A DNA stretch of 64,000 nucleotides from Candidatus Krumholzibacteriia bacterium (GTDB lineage: Bacteria; Krumholzibacteriota; Krumholzibacteriia; JAJRXK01): the NCBI GenBank assembly GCA_041484665.1, contig JBGPIA010000006.1, positions 128,001 to 192,000 on the forward strand, in the 5' to 3' direction. The translations under genes were made by a program, and so were the position numbers. Below are positions 20,701 through 28,710 of the stretch, piece after piece. The notes beneath the pieces were generated by a model, which was not told the origin of the DNA, did no database searches, and worked only from the letters and a program-made list of their open reading frames with translations. Numbering within the stretch: position 1 is the first letter of the stretch; every line of letters starts with the position of its first letter.

Positions 20701-21060
20701 GATGGTCTGATCGGAAGCCGGATGGAAGGTGAGCCTGACCGGCTCACCGCCCGCGGACGGCATCAGGTAGACATCGTCGTTGCCCTCGTACTGCGCGGTG
20801 AACGCGATCCAGCGCCCGTCCGGCGAAACGCACGGGAAGCGCTCGTCGCCCTCGTACGCCGTGAGGCGCACGGCGACGCCTCCGGCCAGCGGGACCTTCC
20901 ATAGGTCGCCCTCCGAGGCGAAGACGATCATGCCCCCACCGATTCCGGGGTAGCGGTAGAAGCCGTCCGGCAGAGCCGGAGGCTCTGCGGCATCGGCTTG
21001 CGGGATCGCAAGGGAGAGTGCCACGAGCGAGGCGAGGGCGATCAGGCTGGCGACCTTCAT
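17713..21060 (-). CDS. Tricorn protease homolog (S41 family; PD40 propellers, PDZ)
   Basis: SPDG propeller repeats; WKRYKGGRA; WRLQRDFFYD; GELNVGH; GYLHL; DxRxNxGG; GSD catalytic Ser; GTRTWGG; IEGHGVDPD. Confidence 0.95.
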   Translation of the reverse strand: MKVASLIALASLVALSLAIPQADAAEPPALPDGFYRYPGIGGGMIVFASEGDLWKVPLAGGVAVRLTAYEGDERFPCVSPDGRWIAFTAQYEGNDDVYLMPSAGGEPVRLTFHPASDQTIGWTADGKILFRSRRDHPHGDFRTYTLFPQGGIPQMIPLEPAAWISFEPGGQRLALQKFGLEFHNWKRYKGGRAEDIWVGKLDPLAFDEVTHWEGKDAFPMWAQDGRIYFVTDRWGRPNLASMKPDGSDVQRLTHFADYDVRWPAMGGGKIVYQHKMDIWVYDLATGRNEQLPIQLPSDRLQLRERFVDPTANLGGWSLSKDGERIAIETRGDVFVARTHKKGLIRRITESSSARTQFPAFAPDGKTIATWTEQDGEEQLFLHAADNGAAPRQLGKQPSGWHFAPAWSLDGKRLAWGDEKYRLYVTDVASGNATPVDEGKWEISHYAWSPDSRYLAYVAVLENLFTQVRIWDAQAKASYAASDPMVNTFSPAWDLKGKYLYYLSDRFINPYPDRFEARFILDNATLPCVVALQDDGTLPFGARGDTDPVGASDDKKHDAKKGEKKEQDKATADKKGDQDDTPVGPIRIDFEGLADRLVEVPVDPGNYDDLRAIDGKLHWLNASSRGLMPHDADTNESPGAELQTYDFEKEKVSTVTSGVLAYQVSGNGKVLVYQTKDGFTRLEAGATEAPKDDAAKEAKIDLSGWSLRIDPRAEWAQMFHEAWRLQRDFFYDAKMHGVDWDGVWKQYGPLTTRISSRDDLEDMLGEMFGELNVGHAYHWGGDLRHGKQVGTGLLAADLDFDAASGFWKIRKIYRGDYPDPRWSSPLARPDLHVKPGQWLVAIDGKALVKGEDYLKRLANRAKQAVELSINDAPKLEGARRVVVEALANDTPVRYATWIRETRDYVDRKSHGQIGYLHLYDMGGLGLRQFARDYPPQWRKRALIVDDRWNHGGSVAPMILAHLDRKILAVGGTRYGNIDTTPSHAFHGYLACLINRQGGSDCETLALGFKQFGLGPVIGTRTWGGWIGIRGDKPLRDGGMITEPEFGGWDPQGKAWIIEGHGVDPDVELDLGPDGFLHGQDAQLDDAIDRLMGEIAKDPRDLAPAPPIVARPLQPVD

Positions 21061-21261
21061 GGGTGTTCCTCCGGAGGTGGTTCCAGTTGAGCAAGATGTT
21101 CATACGCCATCGGCTGGTTGCGAGCAACCGGTTACCCCCATTGCGCGCACGGGAATCCGATCCAGATGTTGGCTACGTCGCCAGATCCGCCGCTCGGCAG
21201 TAGGGCGAGAGGTCGAGCGCTGCGGCCTGCTGCAACGGCTGTTGGCCCCGCGCTGGGTCGC

Positions 21262-21359
21262 TGGGTGAGATGGAAAGCGGGAGGCGGGGGACGGCAGGCG
21301 GAAGGCGCGAGGTGGCGGGTGAAACGCGTGAGGCGGCAGGCGGACGGCGCCAGGCGGCG
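21262..21359. repeat. Degenerate 7-bp tandem repeat tract (about 14 units, GGCGGNA-like)
   Basis: tgggtga gatggaa agcggga ggcgggg gacggca ggcggaa ggcgcga ggtggcg ggtgaaa cgcgtga ggcggca ggcggac ggcgcca ggcggcg. Confidence 0.55.
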
Positions 21360-21520
21360 GCGGCGGACAAGAGGCAAGACCGGTCAGCACCGGCGCTTAT
21401 TGCGTCCTCGGTTCGCCCCCCTCTGGATTTCGGCGGGATCGAGCAGCACGGCCCCCGCTTTGGACCACCGAGTCCAACCCGGCGGAACAGCCGCACCCTG
21501 CCCCAGCGTTCCGGTGTCCG

Positions 21521-22291
21521 CTACTCGCCTGGACCAAATAGCGACTTCACACGCCCCCAGCTGGACTGCTGACTGGGCAGCGGAGACGCCGCGGAGACCT
21601 CCACCACAAGATCCTGGAAGTCATCGTCGGTTGCTCCCCAGGCGGGTACATCCGAGATGGCGCTGCCGTAGTCCAGGTCCTCCCACGCGAGCACGAACGT
21701 CGGAATGCCGTCGCGCAGACGCGTGATGTTGTAGACGAGACACTGCGGATCTCCATCGATCGGTCCGTGCAAGGCCGCGGACCCGTCTGGCCCGATGTCA
21801 TTGTAGTGGCGGTTCGTGAAGAACATCTCCGACCCGGTTGCGTCCCGTGAATGTGCCTGGCCGTCCGGGTTGAGGTAGAACCCAAAGCGGGTCACTCCCG
21901 ATGGAAACGTCACGTAGGCTGTTGCGCCCTTGATCAGCCGGCTACTGAAGATTGCCCCGTCATCGACTCCGTCGATGACGGGCCTCGCGAAGGTCTCCTG
22001 GTACCAACCGAACACGTTGGCCTCGCGGTAGCTGGCAAGCTCGCGGATCACCAAGCCATGCACGCCCGCGTCCTGCCAGTAGAACGGATCCGCATCGCCC
22101 GGCTTGAATCCTATGTAGTCGGTCCCGGCGTTGATCGTACCAACGCCGTACTCCGCGTCCAGCACATCCTGCAAGGAGACTCCGTCCCATGAAGTGCCCC
22201 ACACGACAACGAATGAGGCATGGGCGAGCGGTGGCACCAGAGCGACGAGCACCGCGGCGATCGGTGCAACAACTGTAGCCATGCGATTCAT
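21521..22291 (-). CDS. Secreted DUF4114-like protein with C-terminal SWGxxKxLF tail
   Basis: GGAGG RBS; signal peptide (LAHA); AWEDL...DDDFQDLVV motif; ends SSWGRVKSLFGPGE. Confidence 0.75.
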   Translation of the reverse strand: MNRMATVVAPIAAVLVALVPPLAHASFVVVWGTSWDGVSLQDVLDAEYGVGTINAGTDYIGFKPGDADPFYWQDAGVHGLVIRELASYREANVFGWYQETFARPVIDGVDDGAIFSSRLIKGATAYVTFPSGVTRFGFYLNPDGQAHSRDATGSEMFFTNRHYNDIGPDGSAALHGPIDGDPQCLVYNITRLRDGIPTFVLAWEDLDYGSAISDVPAWGATDDDFQDLVVEVSAASPLPSQQSSWGRVKSLFGPGE

Positions 22292-22798
22292 TCTTCCCTC
22301 CAAAGGAACGTGGCAGGATGCAAAGCCCCAGGCTGCGCAGACGATCCACATCCCCGCACCATGCGTGCAGGGTCGACGATTTCCAATTGTATCATGGGAG
22401 GGTGACGCGCAACCGCGGTGGTGTCGCGCACGCGGAGGATGGGCGTCCAACTCCGCGCTGCTCACCCCGCGCGGCTGCCCTACTTCACGCAACGACGCGC
22501 CGTCACGGGATTCTTCTCGGTCGAATCCGAAACAACCGAGGACAATCGGCCATCCCCCGCCGCAAACAGCCCTCCCCCGACGCGCGGCGGAACCGCGACG
22601 CCCTTCCGCTCGACCGCCGCGCCTGGAGGCGAGCGCACCACCGTGGGCGGTCGCGTTGGAGTGGCTACGGTGGAATGGATCCTGGAGATCTACCGGAGGT
22701 GAATGGCCCGCGGCCTGGGATCGGTCGCGGGCCCTCGACCACCGCTCGACCTCCGACCCCTGCGAGCGGTGCGAAGGGAAGGCGAGCCATGGCGTGGC

Positions 22799-24703
22799 TC
22801 AGATGCCGTAACGCTCCAGCAACTGCGTCTCCACGTAACGCCGCTGCGCATCCGTAGTCGCGATGCCATAGATCTGCAGGTCAGCCATCTGCAGCGAGAT
22901 GTTGTCGATTGGCCATCCGTTCTTGGCACCGATGCCGATGCTCGCTCCCGTGAACACCTCGAGCGGCGCGGTGATCGACGCATCGTGAGCGCGTTGGAGT
23001 CCATTGATGTAGATCGTCAGCCCATCGGTCTGCGAGAAGCGAAACGTGAACACCTGGTACTGGTCGTAAACGGGCCGCACCGTCATTGCCGTGAGCGTAG
23101 CGCTGCCACCGTGGGACACCGACACCGTGTTGTCGTTCGGAAAGCCGATGCGCAGCACCTGGTTCTGGACGTCTCCATCGCCCCACAGCCAGTACATCTC
23201 GAGGTTGTTGCCCGGCTGGTCCAGGCGCTTGACCACCGCGAAGATGGTGTAGTCGGTGTCGCGCATCGGCGTTCCGGAGATGCGCATCGAGCCTGTCGAG
23301 TAGGTTGCATCGTACTGAAACGACACGATCGGTTGGCCGTTGAGCTGACCGGTCAGATAGAGACCCGCAACCTGCGGACCACCGAATGCTGGTGCGGCGT
23401 CGCGATCGGCATGCCCTAGCAAGTCAGCCCATCGAGTGGCGCCGCGCGCACCGGAGTAGCTGACCGTACTCACGCCGTGATCGGCGCGGTACCAGGCGAT
23501 CCCCCGCTTCAGCGACTGACCGATCGGTGTGCAGTCCACCACATCGTAACTCGTGGCGACCTTCACCTTCAGCTGCTTCTCGGGATGGGCCGCGGCATTC
23601 ACGGTGTAGCTGAGCGGCTGGCCCGTGGTGATCGTTCCGCCCAACCGGATGAACAGCTCGAGGTCCGCGAAATTACCCATCAACGCCGAGCCGGCGAGGT
23701 CCGCCCGACCGCCGATGGCGTAGCCACCGACTTCTACCGAGCTCAGCTCGCTGATGTACTTCACGTCTGCACCGATACCACCGCTGGCGATCGCTCCGCT
23801 GAAGCTCGCGTCGATGGACGCCTCGATCTCCTGTACCGAGTCTGTCGACTGGATCAGCAGGTAGAAGATCCGCCCGTAGGTGACGCTCGACACGTAGGCC
23901 GCCGGATTGCCCGGGCCCACGTACTGGCTCAACTGCACCGCGGTCACGCTCGGCGCGAAAAAGCTCGCCGGATCGGTCGGCTGCTCGAACGCGATGGTGT
24001 AGTAGCTCTGCGTCAGCTTGACCAGGAAACGGTTGTACGCGACGTCGCTGGCATAGCGGAAGCTGCCCTGGATGTCCGTCGTCAGGTTGTTGTAGTTGGC
24101 GCGGATCGCGACACCGAGCTGCTCGCGCGAGCTGATGCGCTGCATGGTATAGGTCGTGCGCGCTGGCAGATCGCCCGGGTTGGCGGCGATGATCTGGTTC
24201 ATCGCGTCGTAGACGCTGCCCAGGCTCACCACGTCGAGCTGGCGGCTGGCCGAGCTGGCGCCGTTGACCAGGGTGATCACGATCCGGCCATTGCCACGGG
24301 CGACCGGGATGGAGGTCGGAGTCGCGTGGTCGAGGGTGGAGCCCTGCAAGAGGTTTCCGGGGAAGATGATCTGGCTGTTGGGGTCGAATTGCGGGTAGTC
24401 GGAGTAGCCCTCGATCAGATCGACGGTGTGGCGCGTGCAGAAATACTGGTCCACGCCGCTGCCGCTGGTGAACTCCTCGGGCGGGGACTCGGTGTGGCTG
24501 GGCACCACGTCCTGAAACTCCCCGCCCGAATTGAGAACGGCGGTGAGCTCGCCAGGGGGGCCGCCGGTGCCGCCACCGCCCGGAGCAGTGGGGTCGTCAC
24601 CGCTGCAGGCGGCGAGGAAAAGGAGGGACAGCATCGCGACGCCGATCATCCCCCAATGGGTCGATCGCGCTGCCGTCTGCGAGAGGGAACGGGTGGTGTG
24701 CAT
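22799..24703 (-). CDS. Thiol-activated / cholesterol-dependent cytolysin-like (CDCL) lipoprotein with C-terminal LamG/ConA-like domain
   Basis: Lipobox LAAC; IFPGNLLQG, QSYYTI, YVSSVTYGRIFYL and GQPLSYTV CDC core motifs; C-terminal WYRAD...YTIFAV...IYING lectin-like domain. Confidence 0.85.
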   Translation of the reverse strand: MHTTRSLSQTAARSTHWGMIGVAMLSLLFLAACSGDDPTAPGGGGTGGPPGELTAVLNSGGEFQDVVPSHTESPPEEFTSGSGVDQYFCTRHTVDLIEGYSDYPQFDPNSQIIFPGNLLQGSTLDHATPTSIPVARGNGRIVITLVNGASSASRQLDVVSLGSVYDAMNQIIAANPGDLPARTTYTMQRISSREQLGVAIRANYNNLTTDIQGSFRYASDVAYNRFLVKLTQSYYTIAFEQPTDPASFFAPSVTAVQLSQYVGPGNPAAYVSSVTYGRIFYLLIQSTDSVQEIEASIDASFSGAIASGGIGADVKYISELSSVEVGGYAIGGRADLAGSALMGNFADLELFIRLGGTITTGQPLSYTVNAAAHPEKQLKVKVATSYDVVDCTPIGQSLKRGIAWYRADHGVSTVSYSGARGATRWADLLGHADRDAAPAFGGPQVAGLYLTGQLNGQPIVSFQYDATYSTGSMRISGTPMRDTDYTIFAVVKRLDQPGNNLEMYWLWGDGDVQNQVLRIGFPNDNTVSVSHGGSATLTAMTVRPVYDQYQVFTFRFSQTDGLTIYINGLQRAHDASITAPLEVFTGASIGIGAKNGWPIDNISLQMADLQIYGIATTDAQRRYVETQLLERYGI

Positions 24704-25039
24704 GGTTCGGTCTCCAGGTCGGAGGTTCAAGAGGCTTCGAATGGAGATGCGGATTCGCCGACCGGAACGCGCAACGACGGTCTCGCCGGCCCAGGGTCCG
24801 GGCCGCGCCGGTCACGGAAACTGTTCTGTCCCAACGTATTGCTGGAGGGTCAGTTCTCACGGCGATCGGCGCCGCGGCGCCTGGCCCGCGGGGCTCCACG
24901 GCGGCCTGCGGGATGACCAGAGGCGCAGCATCGCCGTTGGAGGGAGCGGGGTCGGCTGGACTACCGTGGACCCGAGTGTCGAGCGGTTGTTTCGTGCGAT
25001 GTGCTCTGCCGTGACCTCGACCTTGAGCCCTGGCGCTCC

Positions 25040-25385
25040 AACCAGTGGTGGCCTCCATCATGGAAGGGAAGGTTTGGAGCCTGTCTCTTCGGTCGCACCT
25101 CGCCTGAGAACAGCACTGGGCGTGGTGCGGCCGAACCCATTCAACGCCATCGCCCAGATCGACTTCTCCCTCGCGCATCGAGGGCGCATCGATCTGGCCA
25201 TCCACAACGTTCGCGGGTAGTGGGTGCGATCCATCCTTGGAGAGGCGCTGGACCCAGATCAGCATCTCGCCGTGTGGGACGGTCGCTCGAGCTTGGGGTG
25301 TCAGGTAGCGAGCGGAGTGTACGTTCTCCAACTCCGCACGGATGGGCAGATCCAAACTTCGCGGCTGACACTCGTCAAGCGAGAG
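25040..25385 (+). pseudogene. Orphan FlgD-Ig tail remnant with in-frame stop
   Basis: RPNPFNAIAQIDFSL...IHNVRG*WVRSIL...WDGRSSLGCQVASGVYVLQL...RLTLVK; TAG at 25218-25220; no N-terminal domain. Confidence 0.75.
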
Positions 25386-25500
25386 ACCTACCACTGCAGT
25401 GGGCATGCGACGCAAAGTCCGACGGCATCTGCGTGGCGCTCTGGCGCTCGGCGTCGCGTTGGGCCTGGCGGCGTTGATCGACACCGGCGCATCGTCGGGC

Positions 25501-25614
25501 GCCGTTTGGATCGTAGCCAAGGACGGCAGCGGTCGAATCTAGACCATCCGACCCGCTGTCGACGCTGCTGCTGAGGGAGACGCGATCGCCATCAAGCCAG
25601 GGAAGTACACCTGA
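25501..25614 (+). pseudogene. Remnant of a pectin-lyase-like parallel beta-helix N-terminus
   Basis: Translates WIVAKDGSGRI*TIRPAVDAAAEGDAIAIKPGKYT*, matching the VAxDGSGDFxTIQxAVDAAxxGDxIxIxPGxY cap motif. Confidence 0.7.
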
Positions 25615-26707
25615 AGCGACGGTCTTTCCGCTGGACGACTTCCAGCCCGGCCGGACGCCGGGGGGCCGGGGGGGCGCCGATCAGATGCCGGTTGTCGGGA
25701 CCGAGTCCACGACCGTCAGAACTGGCACGGGTTGACGAGAGGAGTCATCGAGCGGCGGTCCTGGGTCACGAGGAGGGTCCATTCTCGTTCTTCCTCTCCA
25801 ACGTGGACCGATTGCCAGGCGTATTTGGGGAAGACTCTGTGGCTGATACACGAGGAGCGAAGCGGCCCAGAGGGAGAGGCAAGCGATTACGTAGTTCGGA
25901 GGCGGGGTCTCGCCAACGTGCCTCCACTCGCCCACCTTCGCGGTCGATCCCCGCGCAATCATCCCCGGGATCAGCCACGCATATTGAAGCCGATCATCTT
26001 ACCCAAGCCTTTCCGCCCGTAGCGTGATCTGGGTCTCGTTCCGGCCGAACAGGCGGCTCACTCCAACCGGCTCTATGATCTGTTGACCGCACCTCACGAC
26101 CAAGGAGAGGCTCAACAGAGTTGTCCTCACGGTTGGCGCAGGCATATGGCTCTACCGCATTTCGATCTCAGAACATCGAGGAAAGCTGGGCCGCGCACCA
26201 CATCGACGCCTGGACCCGCGTAGAATCGTATAGGATGAGGAACCTTCCAGGTCTCCGGCTTCGAATTCAAGATTGCGAATATGCCTTCGACAAGTTTTGC
26301 CATCGCCTTATCGTCGCGCGAGTTGGAAGTTATGCAGTCAGACCAAACGACCGCGTTGGCCTCCAAGCTGCAGAATAAGCGCACGCGGTAGGTCGAGCAC
26401 GGAATCCTTCCCCCCTCCCGTCTGATGGCGTGATCACCACGCTCTCGGGAAGCGCCCCTGCAAAGCCCGAACAGTCTCGACGTGAAGATGGCGCCGCAAT
26501 ACAGCGATTGCGGCGCTCTTTCCCGCGCTCAGGCTCGCCGCGAGAGGATGGTAGGGAGAGGGGTCCCCGTGCCCCGCGCGCCCGGGGTTACGGCTAAGGC
26601 CGGCCGGCGGTGAGCCGATAACATCGGAAGCGGCGGGCGCCGCGTTGTGCCCCAGCCAGGGGCCGCGAGAGCCGGGAGACCCTGCCCGCCGGCGAGGAGA
26701 TCGCACC

Positions 26708-27565
26708 GTGGGTGTCCTGTTGGGCGTGGCGGCCGCAATCTGCTGGGGGCTGGGTGACTTCCTCATCACGCACCTCACGCGCCGTATCGGGACGACCCGC
26801 GCCCTGATCTCCATCCAGGTCGCCAGCCTCCTAGCCTGGATGCTGCTGCTGCTCATCCGCCCTTCGCCCCCGGGCGGCACACCGCTCGTCTGGGCGATCG
26901 TTGTCGGCACGGCCATCTGCCACGTGCTTGGTCTGCTCTTCGTCTACCGCGCGTTTGAGATTGGTACACTTTCCATCGTATCCCCCATCTCGGCCGGCTT
27001 CGCGGTGGTCACGGCCGTGCTTTCGCTCGCGATGGGAGAGCGCCCCCCGGCGGCGGCCCTGGGTGGTGCGGGGCTCCTGATCGTGGGCGTCTTGCTGGCA
27101 ACGCGATCTGCGGGGGGGCCTTCGCAGCAGCGACCGAGTTGGACGGGAGTTCCCGAGGCCGTGCTCAGCGCGCTGGCCTTCGGCACGATGTTCTGGCTCT
27201 TCTATTTCTTCGTCGAGCCGAAGGTCGGTTACGCCTGGCCCTTGATCCTGCTGAAGACGATGGCGGTCAGCGGTTCGCTTCTGGCGTACGCTTCGAGGCG
27301 CCGCCGGGAGGAGGGGCAGAGATTCGCCCTCGGGCCAGGAGTGGTCTTGCTCGCCGTTGGGGCGGCAGCCGCCGACACCCTTGCGTGGCTCGCCTACATC
27401 CGGGGAATGGGCTCCACCTATGCCACGATCGTGACGGCGGTTGCTTCGCTGTTCAGCGTCGTCACAGTGCTCCTGGCTTGGAAGTTCCTCCGCGAGCGCC
27501 TCGCGGTCCACCAGTGGGCGGGCGTCGCCGCAATCCTGCTGGGGATTCTCCTGGTCAGCTCCTAG
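26708..27565 (+). CDS. EamA/DMT family transporter
   Basis: GAGGAG RBS + GTG; about 10 TM helices in two repeats (CWGLGDF, YRAFEIGTLSIVSPI, FLRERL..QWAG). Confidence 0.92.
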   Translation: MGVLLGVAAAICWGLGDFLITHLTRRIGTTRALISIQVASLLAWMLLLLIRPSPPGGTPLVWAIVVGTAICHVLGLLFVYRAFEIGTLSIVSPISAGFAVVTAVLSLAMGERPPAAALGGAGLLIVGVLLATRSAGGPSQQRPSWTGVPEAVLSALAFGTMFWLFYFFVEPKVGYAWPLILLKTMAVSGSLLAYASRRRREEGQRFALGPGVVLLAVGAAAADTLAWLAYIRGMGSTYATIVTAVASLFSVVTVLLAWKFLRERLAVHQWAGVAAILLGILLVSS

Positions 27566-27817
27566 CCCCGCCGCAAACCGGCAGTGATTGCCGTGGCTCA
27601 CCCGAACGCAGGCGCCCCTGGATCTCGCGGCATTCGGACCCGCCCGCTGCCGTGCCCCGCGCAACCGGCGGCAGGCCGCTCCGGGGGACTCCCGCCGGGC
27701 CTCAAGTTCTCCCTCGAGTTTGCCGATATGTCCTCCGACACGGGGCCCGCGCGCGGCGCCCGCGGCGCCCGCATGCGCCTGCACACCTGCATCGCCAGCG
27801 GAGGAGGGCTCCCCCTC

Positions 27818-28696
27818 ATGAACGGACGTCGACAGCTGATTCCGACGCTTCTCGCTTGCACCACGCTGCTCCTTGCCAGGGCCCCGGCTCTCGCCACCGA
27901 GATCCCCAGCGACCCGGTCATCCAGCCCGCACCGACCGCCGAGGTACCGGGCGACCCGACCGGGTCAGCTGCCGCAACACCCCGGGCCGCGGCTGCGCAA
28001 GCCACCTCAGCAGCCGGCGATCAGCCCGACAAGTTGGCGGGGGAGCGCCCAGCCCAGCCCGCAGCGTTGCATTGGCTCACCGTGGACTGGGACGCCTCGC
28101 TGGCGTCCAAGTACCTGTTCCAGGGGATCGACTACAGCGACGGCAAGCCAGTGCTCCAGCCGGAGGTCACGGTTTCCGTGAGATCCTTCTCGGCCATCCT
28201 GTGGGTCAATCACGACCTCCACACGCAGCAGCCCAACGAGGTGGATCTCTTCCTCCAGTACAACGTTGGAATCCCGCGGCTCGACCTCACGACGGGGTAT
28301 GCGCGCAATCACTACCCCCACCGCGAAGGGTGGGATCCCTCGCAGGAAGTCTACCTCGATCTGTCCTGCGACGCCCCACTGAGCCCCTCGCTAAGCGTCC
28401 ATTACGATTTCGACGCCGGGAAGGGGAGTTACTCCACGCTCTCCCTCGACCGCGAGGTTCCCAATCCTCTGCGAACCATGTCCGCCGGGCTGAAGCTCTA
28501 CTACCAGAACAACTACTACGAGGCCACGGGCTTCCCGTCCCTCGAGCTCCATATCGGCACCGAGCAGGCCATCGGCCCGTTCAAGATCACCCCCTCGATG
28601 TCGCGCTTCATCACCTGGCCGAACGGAGGCTTCCGAGACGAGAACGCGGTGTCGGCCACCTGGTATCTCGCGGTCAACGTCGCCCAGACCTTCTGA
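27818..28696 (+). CDS. Outer-membrane beta-barrel, TorF/Gcw_chp-like putative porin
   Basis: Signal peptide; Pro/Ala linker; SKYLFQGIDYSDGKPVLQP (cf. SDYxFRGxSQT...PAxQ); NEVDLF; C-terminal Phe. Confidence 0.75.
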   Translation: MNGRRQLIPTLLACTTLLLARAPALATEIPSDPVIQPAPTAEVPGDPTGSAAATPRAAAAQATSAAGDQPDKLAGERPAQPAALHWLTVDWDASLASKYLFQGIDYSDGKPVLQPEVTVSVRSFSAILWVNHDLHTQQPNEVDLFLQYNVGIPRLDLTTGYARNHYPHREGWDPSQEVYLDLSCDAPLSPSLSVHYDFDAGKGSYSTLSLDREVPNPLRTMSAGLKLYYQNNYYEATGFPSLELHIGTEQAIGPFKITPSMSRFITWPNGGFRDENAVSATWYLAVNVAQTF

Positions 28697-28710
28697 GACG
28701 GGCGCGACTT

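Noticed and set aside
25690..26450. Short ORFs in the AT-richer stretch
   Set aside because: No recognisable motif, RBS or consistent frame; treated as debris.
27139..28710. N-terminal 524 aa of the 1067-aa ORF
   Set aside because: Alternative-frame read-through across the EamA and porin genes; the real start is ATG 28711.
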